A stretch of DNA of 64,000 bases from Clostridiales bacterium. GTDB lineage: Bacteria > Bacillota > Clostridia > Christensenellales > Aristaeellaceae. A program made the position numbers and the translations under genes. Below are positions 54,978-64,000 of this stretch, piece by piece. The notes below the pieces were generated by a model, which was not told where the DNA came from, ran no database searches, and saw only the letters and a list, made by a program, of their open reading frames with translations. The first letter of the stretch is position 1; every line of letters begins with the position of its first letter. The stretch covers positions 4,440-68,439 of the forward strand of contig JAQXLU010000038.1 in the NCBI GenBank assembly GCA_029012285.1. The letters run 5' to 3'.

Positions 54978-56006
54978 ATGTCCGTGAAAATCCTTGGTGC
55001 TGCGTCCCTTCCCAACATCCCCTGGCAGGATAAGCCTGCTGATCTGAAAACCGCCGCCCCCGTGTGGCGCTACACCGGCAACCCCGTCATGGGCCGCAAC
55101 CCCGTGCCGGAAATCGCCCGCATTTTCAATTCCGCCGTGGTGCCGTGGGAGGATGGCTTCATCGCCGTGCTGCGCGGCGAACAGGTCAACGGCGTGCCCC
55201 ATGTGTACCTGGGCCACTCCAAGGACGGCATCCACTGGGATGTGGAGCGGGAAAAGGTGCCCTTCGTGGACGAAAAGGGCAATCCCAAGATGCCCCACTA
55301 CGCCTATGACCCCCGCCTGGTGAAGGTGGAGGACACCTACTACATCATCTGGTGCACCGATTTCTACGGCGCGTCCATCGGTATGGCCAAGACGAAGGAC
55401 TTCAAGACCTTCACCCGCGTCGAAAACCCCTTCATCCCCTTCAACCGTAACGCCGTGCTCTTCCCGCGAAAGATTAACGGCATGTTCAAGCTCATGTCCC
55501 GCCCCTCTGACTCCGGGCATACCCCCTTTGGCGACATCTTCGTCTCCGAATCTCCCGACATGGAATACTGGGGACACCATCGCCATGTGATGGGCCGGGG
55601 CTCCAAGTGGTGGGAGTCGGTCAAGATCGGCTCCGGCGCAGCGCCCATTGAAACCACCGAGGGCTGGCTGCTGTTCTACCACGGCGTGGCAACCACCTGC
55701 AACGGCTTTGTGTACTCCATGGGCGGCGCGATCCTGGACATCAACGAGCCCAGCAAGGTGCTCTACCGCTGCGAAAATCACCTGCTGACCCCCGAGGAGC
55801 CCTACGAGGTGACCGGCTTTGTGCCCAATGTGGTGTTCCCCTGCGCCACCTTGCAGGACCCCGACACCGGCCGCATCGCCATCTACTACGGCGCGGCGGA
55901 TACCAACGTGGGCCTAGCCTTCACCACGGTGGAGGAGATCGTCGCCTACATCAAGGAGCACTCCGACCTCCAGTGGGGCGACGATGTGGCGGATGTGGAC
56001 TACTAA
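54978..56006 (+). CDS. GH130 glycoside phosphorylase (short type, beta-1,4-mannooligosaccharide phosphorylase-like)
   Basis: The 342-aa protein reads NPVMGRNPVPEIARIFNSAVVPWEDGF..DPRLVKVEDTYYI..YYGAADT. The ATG at 54978 follows AAAGAGAGG. Confidence 0.8.
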   Translation: MSVKILGAASLPNIPWQDKPADLKTAAPVWRYTGNPVMGRNPVPEIARIFNSAVVPWEDGFIAVLRGEQVNGVPHVYLGHSKDGIHWDVEREKVPFVDEKGNPKMPHYAYDPRLVKVEDTYYIIWCTDFYGASIGMAKTKDFKTFTRVENPFIPFNRNAVLFPRKINGMFKLMSRPSDSGHTPFGDIFVSESPDMEYWGHHRHVMGRGSKWWESVKIGSGAAPIETTEGWLLFYHGVATTCNGFVYSMGGAILDINEPSKVLYRCENHLLTPEEPYEVTGFVPNVVFPCATLQDPDTGRIAIYYGAADTNVGLAFTTVEEIVAYIKEHSDLQWGDDVADVDY

Positions 56007-56101
56007 GCCCCCAGCCCCTGGTGGCTTCCGCTGCGTGAGAATGCAAGCATCATGAACTCCCCCACAACCTTCGTTTACAACAACCGATGGAGGTGCACCC
56101 C

Positions 56102-57274
56102 ATGCAATCCCGTACCTTTGCTTCCCTGATGGAGGAATACGAGCGTCTCATTTCTCGCCCCAACCCGGTCAATGAGCGCTTCTACAACGGCTTGTTCACC
56201 CGCTATGAGCATCCCGTGCTGACCCGGCGGCATGTTCCGCCCTTCTGGATGTACGACGCAAACCCGGAGACCAACCCCTACATGATGCAGCGATTGCCGG
56301 TCAACGCGGCCTTCAATTCCGGCGCAATCAAGGTGAATGGCAAGTACTGCCTGGTGGCCCGCGTGGAGGGGCAGGACCGCAAGTCCTTCTTTGCGGTGGC
56401 GGAATCGGATAAGCCCACCGAGGGCTTCCGCTTCCGGGATTACCCTGTGGTGTTGCCCGATACCTGCAAGGACGAAACCAATGTCTACGACATGCGCCTG
56501 ACCCAGCATGAGGATGGCTGGATCTATGGCGTGTTCTGCTCCGAGAGCAAGGATACCACGTCGGGGGATCTGTCCGCGGCGGTGGCGGCGGCAGGCATCG
56601 TGCGCACCAAGGATCTGGAAACCTGGGAGCGCTTGCCCAACCTGACCACGCTGCGCTCTCCCCAGCAGCGCAATGTGGTGCTCCACCCGGAGTTTGTGGA
56701 TGGCAAGTATGCCTTCTACACCCGCCCGATGGATGATTTCATCGAGACCGGCTCTGGCGGCGGCATCGGCTTTGGCCTGTGCGAGGACATCACCCACGCC
56801 GTGATCGACGAGGAAAAAATCATCTCCGCCCGCAAATACCATACCATCACCGAGAGCAAGAACGGCGCGGGCGCAGTGCCGATCAAGTGCGACAAGGGCT
56901 GGATTCACATCGCCCACGGTGTGCGCAACACCGCCGCCGGGCTGCGCTATGTGCTCTATGCCTTCATGACCAGCCTGGAGGATCCCTCCCGGGTGATCGC
57001 GGAGCCCTCCGGCATGCTGCTGGGCCCTCTGGGCCACGAGCGCGTGGGCGATGTGAGCAACGTGGTGTTCACCAACGGCGCGATTGCGGATGAGGACGGC
57101 AAGGTGTACATCTACTACGCCTCCTCCGACACCCGGCTGCATGTGGCCGAAACCGATGTTGACCGCCTGTGCGATTATCTGCTCAACACCCCCGAGGATC
57201 CCCTGCGCTCCCCCGACTGCGTGAAGCAGCGGTGCGCAATGATCCATCGGAATCTCGAATACCTGCGCAAGTAA
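56102..57274 (+). CDS. GH130 glycoside phosphorylase (long type, 4-O-beta-D-mannosyl-D-glucose phosphorylase-like)
   Basis: The 390-aa protein reads [65 protein letters not shown]. The ATG at 56102 lies 6 nt after GGAGGTG. Confidence 0.8.
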   Translation: MQSRTFASLMEEYERLISRPNPVNERFYNGLFTRYEHPVLTRRHVPPFWMYDANPETNPYMMQRLPVNAAFNSGAIKVNGKYCLVARVEGQDRKSFFAVAESDKPTEGFRFRDYPVVLPDTCKDETNVYDMRLTQHEDGWIYGVFCSESKDTTSGDLSAAVAAAGIVRTKDLETWERLPNLTTLRSPQQRNVVLHPEFVDGKYAFYTRPMDDFIETGSGGGIGFGLCEDITHAVIDEEKIISARKYHTITESKNGAGAVPIKCDKGWIHIAHGVRNTAAGLRYVLYAFMTSLEDPSRVIAEPSGMLLGPLGHERVGDVSNVVFTNGAIADEDGKVYIYYASSDTRLHVAETDVDRLCDYLLNTPEDPLRSPDCVKQRCAMIHRNLEYLRK

Positions 57275-57286
57275 GGAGGCAGGGCC

Positions 57287-58786
57287 ATGTTCAAGGCAGC
57301 GCCCCTCTTTGGCGACCACGCAATCTTGCCCCTGGGGAAGGAATTGCGCATCTTCGGCACGGCGGATGAATGCGAAGTCATCCGTGCCCGGCTGACAGCT
57401 GCGGACGGTACCGTGACCGGCGAGGGCGAGGGCGCCGCGCACAGCGGACGCTTCCTCATCCACCTGCCGCCACAGCGAGCAGAACAAGGCCCGCTGACCC
57501 TCACATTGACCTCCGCCGCCATGACCTGGACGGCCGTCGACTGGCAAGTTGGCTACCTGTTCCTGGCGGGTGGGCAGAGCAACATGGAGTGGAGCTTGTG
57601 GAACGCCGAGGGCGGGCAGGAGATCATCCGCACCCACCAGGACGCCGCGCTGCGCTACTTCAATGTGCCCCGGGTGTCCCTGGAGGACGAAGTGGCCCAG
57701 GCAGCCCACGCGGCGGCCCACTGGCAGCAGATTGCTCCCCATCAGGGCGGCGACATGAGCGCGGTGGCGTATTTCTTCGCCACCGAGGTGCGCAGGCGGA
57801 CGGGGCTCCCGGTGGGCATCATCGGGTGCAACTGGGGCGGCACGTCCATCCTGTCCTGGATGGACGAAGCAGCCCTGCATCGCTGCATCCCCGCGTTGCA
57901 GGCCGCGGAGGAATACGAGCGCCAGTACGGTCACATCACGCTACCGGAATGGCAAAGCCAGCAGGACGCCTTCCAGGCTGCCATGGACGCATGGAACAAG
58001 CAGGTGGAAGCCATCAAGGCAGCGCAGCCCGGCATCGAATGGGCCGAGGTGGAAAAGCAAGCGGGCGCGTGCCCGTGGAATCCCCCGCCCGGCCCGGGAT
58101 CGCCCTACCGGCCTGGTCAGCTGGCCCGTACCATGGTGGCGTCCATTGTCCCTGCCGCGCTGACGGGCGTGCTCTTCTACCAGGGGGAATCCGATGTGGC
58201 GGAGCGCGCGGCTTGCTACGCCGAACTGCTCATCACCCTGGTGCTGCGCTGGCGGGAGCTGTTTGGCGACGCGACGCTGCCCTTCTACAACGTGCAGCTG
58301 CCCATGTACATCGACGCGAATGCGCAGGACGACCACGGCTGGGCCATCCTTCGCCAGCAGCAGGAAATGGCGCTGCACGCCCTGCGCAACAGCCATCTGG
58401 CGGTGATGATCGATGCGGGCGAGTATGGCAACATCCACCCGGTGGACAAGCGCACCCCCGGTCAGCGCCTGGCGCGGCTCTTCCTGGAGCAGGTGGAACA
58501 AACCGCCCCCGCCCAGCCCTGGGCCGTGGGCAAGTCCACCCGGGGCAACGTGCTGACGGTGGAGGTCACCCATCCCCTTCGGGGAGAGCCTGACCTGTTC
58601 GAGGTCGCTGGGGAGGACGGCGTGTATGTCCCGGCCTGCGCGGTGCTGGAAGACTGCTGCATCCACCTGACGGCGGAGGGCGTGGCCCATCCCGCGAAGG
58701 CCCGCTATGCCTGGGTGAACTGGGGCAGGGTGCATGTGTATGGCGAAACCGGCTTGCCCCTGGCGCCCTTCGTGCTGGACGATTGA
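57287..58786 (+). CDS. SASA/DUF303-type carbohydrate O-acetylesterase
   Basis: Motifs are LAGGQSNMEW, GCNWGGTSI, VLFYQGESD and NIHPVDKRTPGQRLA. It is the last gene of the mannan operon. Confidence 0.75.
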   Translation: MFKAAPLFGDHAILPLGKELRIFGTADECEVIRARLTAADGTVTGEGEGAAHSGRFLIHLPPQRAEQGPLTLTLTSAAMTWTAVDWQVGYLFLAGGQSNMEWSLWNAEGGQEIIRTHQDAALRYFNVPRVSLEDEVAQAAHAAAHWQQIAPHQGGDMSAVAYFFATEVRRRTGLPVGIIGCNWGGTSILSWMDEAALHRCIPALQAAEEYERQYGHITLPEWQSQQDAFQAAMDAWNKQVEAIKAAQPGIEWAEVEKQAGACPWNPPPGPGSPYRPGQLARTMVASIVPAALTGVLFYQGESDVAERAACYAELLITLVLRWRELFGDATLPFYNVQLPMYIDANAQDDHGWAILRQQQEMALHALRNSHLAVMIDAGEYGNIHPVDKRTPGQRLARLFLEQVEQTAPAQPWAVGKSTRGNVLTVEVTHPLRGEPDLFEVAGEDGVYVPACAVLEDCCIHLTAEGVAHPAKARYAWVNWGRVHVYGETGLPLAPFVLDD

Positions 58787-58801
58787 TATGATGAATGACA
58801 A

Positions 58802-58845
58802 ACGGCCCTGCTCCGGACTTTCCCGGGGCAGGGCCGTGTTTTTTT
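58802..58845 (+). terminator. Rho-independent terminator of the mannan operon
   Basis: ACGGCCCTGC-(16 nt)-GCAGGGCCGT followed by GTTTTTTT. Confidence 0.8.
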
Positions 58846-58876
58846 CATCAAAATCTGCGGGAAGCCGGGGCGCTGG

Positions 58877-59254
58877 TCATTCCGGCAGAAAGAAGCGTCG
58901 CCCGCTGACCTCATCGCCCCGCACGTGCAGCGCCAGACCCTTCCCCTTCTCCCATGCGTCCAGGAAGGCCTGACCCTCCAGGAGCACCACATTGACCCAG
59001 GCGCAGGCTGGCTCCTCGAATTCCAGGCACACCCGGTCGCAGCGGCAGAGGCAGTCCACTTTGCGGCCCGTATCCGGCATGCAAAGGTAAATCAGCGGTG
59101 TGACGCCCTCCCATTCCAGCTGGAAGGATAGCGGCACCACATAGGGCCGCGCTCCGTCGCAAAAGGCCGCGCGGGTCACATGGGCGGCGCGCAGCACATC
59201 CAGGCATTCTACCGCCGTCAGGGGCTGATAGACCAGCTGCGCCATGGGCATCAC
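58877..59254 (-). CDS. Pyridoxamine 5'-phosphate oxidase-family (FMN-binding split-barrel) protein
   Basis: The 125-aa protein reads LTAVECLDVLRAAHVTRAAFCDGARPYVVPLSF, which is typical of the Pyridox_ox_2-like family as I remember it. Confidence 0.55.
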   Translation of the reverse strand: MMPMAQLVYQPLTAVECLDVLRAAHVTRAAFCDGARPYVVPLSFQLEWEGVTPLIYLCMPDTGRKVDCLCRCDRVCLEFEEPACAWVNVVLLEGQAFLDAWEKGKGLALHVRGDEVSGRRFFLPE

Positions 59255-59295
59255 CTCTACTGGCAGGGTATGCCCGCGGGCTGGGCGGGGTGCGG

Positions 59296-60162
59296 TTATT
59301 CGATGTTTTCCTCCAGTTCCGCGAGAGCCTGGGGCACCTTGGCGGCTTCGGCGGGGTCAAGGGGCGGGTATTCCGGGGCCATGTCGGTGAGGGTATCCAG
59401 CAGGATCTCGCTCATCAGATAGCGGGTGAACCACTTGTCATCCGCGGGCAGGACATACCAGGGGGCTTCCTGCGTGGCGGTGTGGTTGATCGCGTCCTCG
59501 TAGGCCGCGTCGTACTCCTTCCACAGGGCGCGCTCCTTCATGTCGTTGATGGACAGCTTCCAGTGCTTCTCCGGCAGCTCCATCCGGTCGATGAAGCGGC
59601 GGCGCTGCTCCTCCTTGCTCACATGCAGCAGCACCTTCACCATCCGGTAGCCGTTTTCGTACAGGTATTGCTCCCAGTTTTTCAGCTGCACATAGCGCTT
59701 GGGGTAGAAGCTTTTGTCCCCGATGACCCGCTCGGGCATGGCGTAGCCCTTCTCCATCTGATGCACCCGGGTGACCAGCACATCCTCGTAGTGGCTGCGG
59801 TTGAACACGCCGATCTTACCGCGCGCTGGTAGACGGCGATTGAGCCGCCACAGGTAATCGTGGCTGAGCTCCTCCTTGGTGGGGGCCTTGAAGGAATGCA
59901 CCTCCAGCCCGGCGGGGTTCAATTTGCCGAAAACCTTCTTGACCAGGCTGTCCTTGCCGGCAGCGTCCCGCGCCTGGATGGCAATGATGAGCCCCTCCGT
60001 GCCGGAAGCGAAGAGCTTGTCCTGCAAGATGGCGCACTGGGCGAGGTTCGCCTCAGTTTTGGCGATGATGTCCTTTTTGCGGGCGGCGGGCTCGGCGCAG
60101 GTGGGCATTTCCTTCAGACAGACCTTGCGGCTGCCGTCAAAGCGGTATTCCTTGATGTCCAT
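59296..60162 (-). CDS. Polyphosphate kinase 2 family protein (polyphosphate:nucleotide phosphotransferase)
   Basis: The start is MDIKEYRFDG, with the Walker A context IQARDAAGKDS and the motifs LWRLNRRLPARGKIGVFNRSHYEDVLV. The ATG at 60162 follows AAAGGAGAA. The upstream extension of the tracked ORF is not credible. Confidence 0.85.
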   Translation of the reverse strand: MDIKEYRFDGSRKVCLKEMPTCAEPAARKKDIIAKTEANLAQCAILQDKLFASGTEGLIIAIQARDAAGKDSLVKKVFGKLNPAGLEVHSFKAPTKEELSHDYLWRLNRRLPARGKIGVFNRSHYEDVLVTRVHQMEKGYAMPERVIGDKSFYPKRYVQLKNWEQYLYENGYRMVKVLLHVSKEEQRRRFIDRMELPEKHWKLSINDMKERALWKEYDAAYEDAINHTATQEAPWYVLPADDKWFTRYLMSEILLDTLTDMAPEYPPLDPAEAAKVPQALAELEENIE

Positions 60163-60531
60163 GAGGATTCTCCTTTTGTGTGGGTGGTGGGTGAGCATGC
60201 GCTGCTGGGGAAGGCTTGTTTCTTCCCGTCTTGATGCAGCGGACGGCGGCTGACCAAGTGCCGTGGGTGCGCCGCATGCATAGTATTCACCATCGGGTGG
60301 AGGAAATCCTGTTTGCCGGGGTGCTTTTTTGCCTGGATGCATAGCCAGGTGCGGGGAAAGCTGCGCAGATGGCGTTCCTGCACAGATGCAGCCCTTCATT
60401 GACGGAGCTCGCCTATTGTCAAGCAAGGGGATTGTTGCTATAATGGTGGCAGTGAATGCTATCCGCCCGGGGGAAGCGTCAGGCATTGTCCCCGGTGGGT
60501 ATCATCTCCCGAACCATGGAGGGTTGGGCTG

Positions 60532-62691
60532 ATGCAAAAGAAGGAAACATCCTATTTTCACAGCAGGGTATTCATCCGGCTGTTTTTGTCCTATGCGCTG
60601 GTGATCATCGTCTTTCTGGCTGTCTATGTCGGATTGTATATGACCACCTGCTCCACGTTTTACCGCAGCGATGTCCAGCGCAAGTTCCAGCAAAAGACCG
60701 ATACCTGGGCCACAATGATGGATCGTCAGCTGCTGAGCGCTCAAAGCGTCTGCGCGGCGGTCAATACCTCCGAGAACACCCGCAGCATCCTCAGTGATGT
60801 GTATGTGGAGGGCAGCACCATTGATTCCATGCAGATGTACAAGATGCTCAACGAGCTCAAGCGCATCAAGGGTGCGAGCGCCAACCGGAACATCTACAAC
60901 CTGATGCTGGCCTTCGAGGGCGACAACCGCATCTATACCGGTGGTACGGTGATCGCGGTGGAGGGCGCAAACGCGCTGCTGACCAACAGCCCCACCCTGG
61001 CCGTCACCACGGTCAACCGGCTGCTGGGCGTGCGCAATACGTCCAGCATGGTCATGAACAAGGAATTCCTCATCTATGCGGACCTGTACACAGCCTTTAG
61101 CAGCAAGGTGAGGGGCTCCGTGCTGGTGCTCTTTGAGCAAAACGGCTTGCAAAGCATAACCTAGGACGCCCTGCAGGGGGTTGCCGGCGGCATGCTCTCC
61201 TGTCGGGGCGAAGCGCTCTTTTCCTTCGGTGAGGAAACGGACATCGCCTTCACCGCCAGCAGCATGGTGGTGGATGAGCTATGCTACACGGTGTATGCGG
61301 ACAAGGCCATGCTGTCTGTGCCGCTGACGGCCTCGGTGCTCTGGCCTGTGCTGCTGATCTCGCTCCTGGGCTTTGTGTTCCTTGGTGTGACCTACCTGTT
61401 CTCCAAGCGGTATTACCGCCCGATCGACAACATCGGGCAGATGGTGGAGCACCATTCGAGCGGGGACGAGATTGACGACATCCTGGAGGGCGTGCGCAGC
61501 CTGATCGGTGAGCGCAACGGCTATCGGGAGCGCATGATTACCATCACCCCCTATGCCAAGCAGGGCATTTTGCACTCGCTCATCAGCGGGGATGTGAAGC
61601 ATCAGCAGCTGGAGGTGCTCACCAATGAGCAGTTCATCGGGCTGCGCAAGGCATACTTCATGCTGGCGGTGGTCAACATCGCGGCAGGGGAGTGCACGTC
61701 CCAGCAATACAGGGATGCGCTGGAGTTGATCGCCCATGCCTGCCGCGAGCTGTCCTCGGAGGAGCATACCGTGGTCTGCTGCGAGAAGAATGTGCAGAAT
61801 CTCTTCGTCATCATCAACAGCGACGACAGCGAGGGCATGGAGGCGCTCTTCTACCCGCTGTACCAGGCCTGTGTGGAAGCCCTGGACGACCCGCGCTTTG
61901 CCGTCACCATCGGCGTGAGTGGGCTGGAGGACGACATCGCCTCGTTGCGCGACGCCTGCCAGGATGCGGAGCAGGCCCTGGGCCAGATGCTCACCGGTGG
62001 GCGCAGCAGCGTGTATTTCCACGAGGAAAACCAGAGCGGGGAGCCCCGCCGGTACTACTTCCCCAAGGACGCCCACAAGCGCATCGTCCGCGGACTCAAG
62101 GAGGGCAATTTGGCGGATCTAGAAGCCATGCTCCAGGACATTTACCGCCAGAACGCCCGGGAGGTCGAGCTGCCCCCGTCCGAGCTGCGGCTGATGCTGG
62201 ACGAATTGCACGTGACCTGCCGCAACGCGCTGTGCGACGTGTTCGACATGAGCGCCACCCACATACAGATCCAGCGCATCCGGGAGGCGGCCACCCTGGA
62301 GGAAATCTTCGCCTATTACCGCACGGTGCTGGCCACCGCCATCAGCCAGCGGGCGGAGCTGCCGGACGAGGACGTGGAGCGCGCGCTGGAAACGGAGATC
62401 TGCGACTACATCGCCGCGCATTTCTGTGACCCCGAGCTGTCGCTGGGCGCCGTGGCGGATGCCTTTGGCGTATCCACCAAGATGGTGGGGCTGGTTTGCA
62501 AGCAGGCCTATGGGAAAACCTTCCTCCAGCATGTGCGCGATTTGCAGATCCAGCATGCGGTGGAGCTGTTGCAGAACACCGATGATACCCTGGAGGAAAT
62601 TGCCGGTCAGTGCGGCTTTGCCAACCTGCTGACATTCCGGCGAAATTTCAAGGCGGTGGTGGGCATGAATCCCAGCGATTACAGGAAGTAA
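60532..62691 (+). pseudogene. Membrane-anchored AraC-family sensor regulator (TM, extracytoplasmic domain, TM, linker, AraC HTH) interrupted by one in-frame TAG at 61162-61164
   Basis: ORFs 60532..61164 and 61192..62691 are in the same frame and are separated only by the TAG and 9 sense codons. TM1 is FIRLFLSYALVIIVFLAVYVGLY and TM2 is VLWPVLLISLLGFVFLGVTYL. The C-terminal region is ICDYIAAHFCDPELSLGAVADAFGVSTKMVGLVCKQAYGKTFLQHVRDLQIQHAVELLQNTDDTLEEIAGQCGFANLLTFRRNFK. Confidence 0.7.
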
Positions 62692-62849
62692 GCGCGTTGA
62701 GAAGCGCTGCCCGGGCAGCATTCGTGACCGGATTTGATGCATTGCGACTCTGCCTGATGCATCAAAATAGGAGCCAGATTGTACATGCATGAATTGATGC
62801 TTGTGCTTTTTGGCTCTTTTTATATATAATAGCGCCATCAAGCAAGCCG

Positions 62850-63878
62850 ATGCAAGCGGCGCTGATGAATACTGGATGGCCGGGTGACCTGGACGTTCAC
62901 AAAAAGGAGCGGATTGATCTGATTCGCGCAAAGACGGACAAAGCCATCAAGCAGCCCAAGGATAAAAAGACTTTGTGGCAGCTGGTGGATCGTGACAAGT
63001 ATCTGCTGCTGATGTTCCTGCCCGTGTTCATTTACTATGTGGTCTTCTGCTATCTGCCGATGGCGGGCTTGACCATGGCCTTCCAGAACTTCAAGATGGG
63101 CAGCGGCTTCATGGGCGTCTTTACCGGCGAATGGGTGGGGCTGAGGTGGTTCAAGCAGTTCTTCAGCTCCGTGTTTGCGGGGCGGCTGATCCGCAACACC
63201 TTCCTGCTCAACTTCTACTCGCTGCTCTTTGGCTTCCCCATCCCGATCATCTTCGCCATCTGCATCACCCAGATGCGCCAGAAGCGCCTGGCAAAGGCCG
63301 CGCAGGTGATCACCTATCTGCCCTACTTCATCTCCACCGTGGTGGTGGTGGGCATGATGACCAACTTCCTGTCCCCCTCCTCGGGCATCATCAACCAGTT
63401 CATCAAGGCGATGGGCGGCAAGGCCATCAACTTTATGGGCAACCCGAAGTGGTTCCGCCGCCTGTATGTGATCTCTGGCTCCTGGCAGACCTTCGGCTTC
63501 AACTCCATCATCTTCGTGGCGGCCATCATGGGCATTGACCCGGCGCTGTACGAGTCCATGCGCGTGGATGGCGCCAACCGCTGGCAGCAGATCATCCACC
63601 TGATCCTGCCCATGATTTCCGACACCATCATCCTGCTGCTCATCATGACGCTGGGTAATCTGCTCAACGTCGGCTTTGAAAAGGTGTACCTGATGTACAG
63701 CCCGGCGGTGTATGAAACCGCGGACGTCATCTCCACCTATGTGTACCGCCAGGGCATTGAGAACAAGAACTTCTCCTATGCCGCGGCAGTGGGCCTGTTC
63801 TACTCGGCGGTCGGCTTTGTATTCGTGATGACGTCCAACACCCTGTCCCGCAGGGTGACGGGCTCCTCGCTGTGGTAA
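62850..63878 (+). CDS. ABC transporter permease (LplB/YteP type)
   Basis: It resembles 10428..11384 (..YESMRVDGANRWQQIIHLILP..). The start is uncertain: ATG 62850 or 62865, and an AAAAGGAG at 62901-62908 hints at a later non-ATG start. Confidence 0.8.
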   Translation: MQAALMNTGWPGDLDVHKKERIDLIRAKTDKAIKQPKDKKTLWQLVDRDKYLLLMFLPVFIYYVVFCYLPMAGLTMAFQNFKMGSGFMGVFTGEWVGLRWFKQFFSSVFAGRLIRNTFLLNFYSLLFGFPIPIIFAICITQMRQKRLAKAAQVITYLPYFISTVVVVGMMTNFLSPSSGIINQFIKAMGGKAINFMGNPKWFRRLYVISGSWQTFGFNSIIFVAAIMGIDPALYESMRVDGANRWQQIIHLILPMISDTIILLLIMTLGNLLNVGFEKVYLMYSPAVYETADVISTYVYRQGIENKNFSYAAAVGLFYSAVGFVFVMTSNTLSRRVTGSSLW

Positions 63879-63892
63879 AGGAGGGAAGCGAC

Positions 63893-64000
63893 ATGAGAAA
63901 GCCGGATTCCTTCCGTTCCGAAAGCGCCAGCGACAAGCTGCTGGATGTGATCGTCCTCCTGCTGGTCGCCTTCGCGGTCATCGTGACCGCCTATCCCTTC
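63893..64000 (+). CDS. ABC transporter permease (LplC/YtcP type), 3'-partial at the window edge
   Basis: The ATG at 63893 follows AAGGAGGGAA. The sequence MRKPDSFRSESASDKLLDVIVLLLVAFAVIVTAYPF parallels the N-terminus of 11401..12327. Confidence 0.7.
   Translation, partial: MRKPDSFRSESASDKLLDVIVLLLVAFAVIVTAYPF

Noticed and set aside
56075-57934. 619-aa ORF on the minus strand
   Set aside because: It is antisense to the long GH130 gene and the esterase gene, and is a shadow ORF.
61162-61164. In-frame TAG read as pyrrolysine or another recoding event
   Set aside because: There are no pyl genes or methylamine methyltransferase context in the window. The nearby URO-D-family gene at 36902 is unlinked and is not evidence. 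A nonsense mutation or sequencing error is the simpler explanation, although read-through cannot be excluded from sequence alone.
62720-62755. Inverted repeat TTTGATGCAT-(14 nt)-ATGCATCAAA after the AraC-type gene, as a terminator
   Set aside because: It has a perfect 10-bp stem, but no U-tract follows it. It could instead be an operator, since GATGCA recurs several times up to 62850. The evidence is too thin to call either, so it is left unannotated.

Overview
High-GC (about 58-62% in the lines I counted) Gram-positive-type chromosomal segment: AGGAGG-type ribosome-binding sites, TTGACA/TATAAT promoters, a T-box leader. The protein families suggest a gut Clostridia (Oscillospiraceae-like) anaerobe, but that is inference only. 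The window mixes housekeeping genes (xpt, murA, rimO, pgsA, leuS, argS, tRNA-Val) with several glycan-utilisation loci. (1) An AraC-controlled locus at 3.6-18.8 kb carries GH3, a frameshifted GH43, an LplABC-type ABC importer, two alpha-galactosidase-type enzymes, an amylosucrase-like GH13 and a divergent HPr-like gene. (2) Single GH20, GH35 and GH42 genes are scattered through the window. (3) A beta-mannan/mannooligosaccharide set at 50.5-58.8 kb has an AGE-family epimerase, GH36, LacI, two GH130 phosphorylases and an acetylesterase. (4) A membrane AraC-type sensor regulator broken by one in-frame TAG is followed by a second LplBC-type permease pair. Also present are a 5'-truncated giant surface protein, a hybrid histidine kinase plus membrane GGDEF pair, and a three-gene operon of secreted proteins that includes an LRR-PKD-caspase (C14) fusion. 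I see no canonical defence system, CRISPR array, transposase or prophage. The most unusual material is non-coding or small-scale. Two dispersed multi-hairpin repeat families and a 5 x 32-bp tandem array have colonised intergenic DNA, including about 430 nt wedged between the Leu T-box terminator and the leuS start codon. There is a roughly 480-bp low-GC island carrying only a NUDIX gene. Two regulator or enzyme genes are disrupted by a frameshift or nonsense codon. The secreted orthocaspase operon is also unusual. Most long ORFs in the six-frame track that lie antisense to these genes are high-GC shadow ORFs and were rejected.
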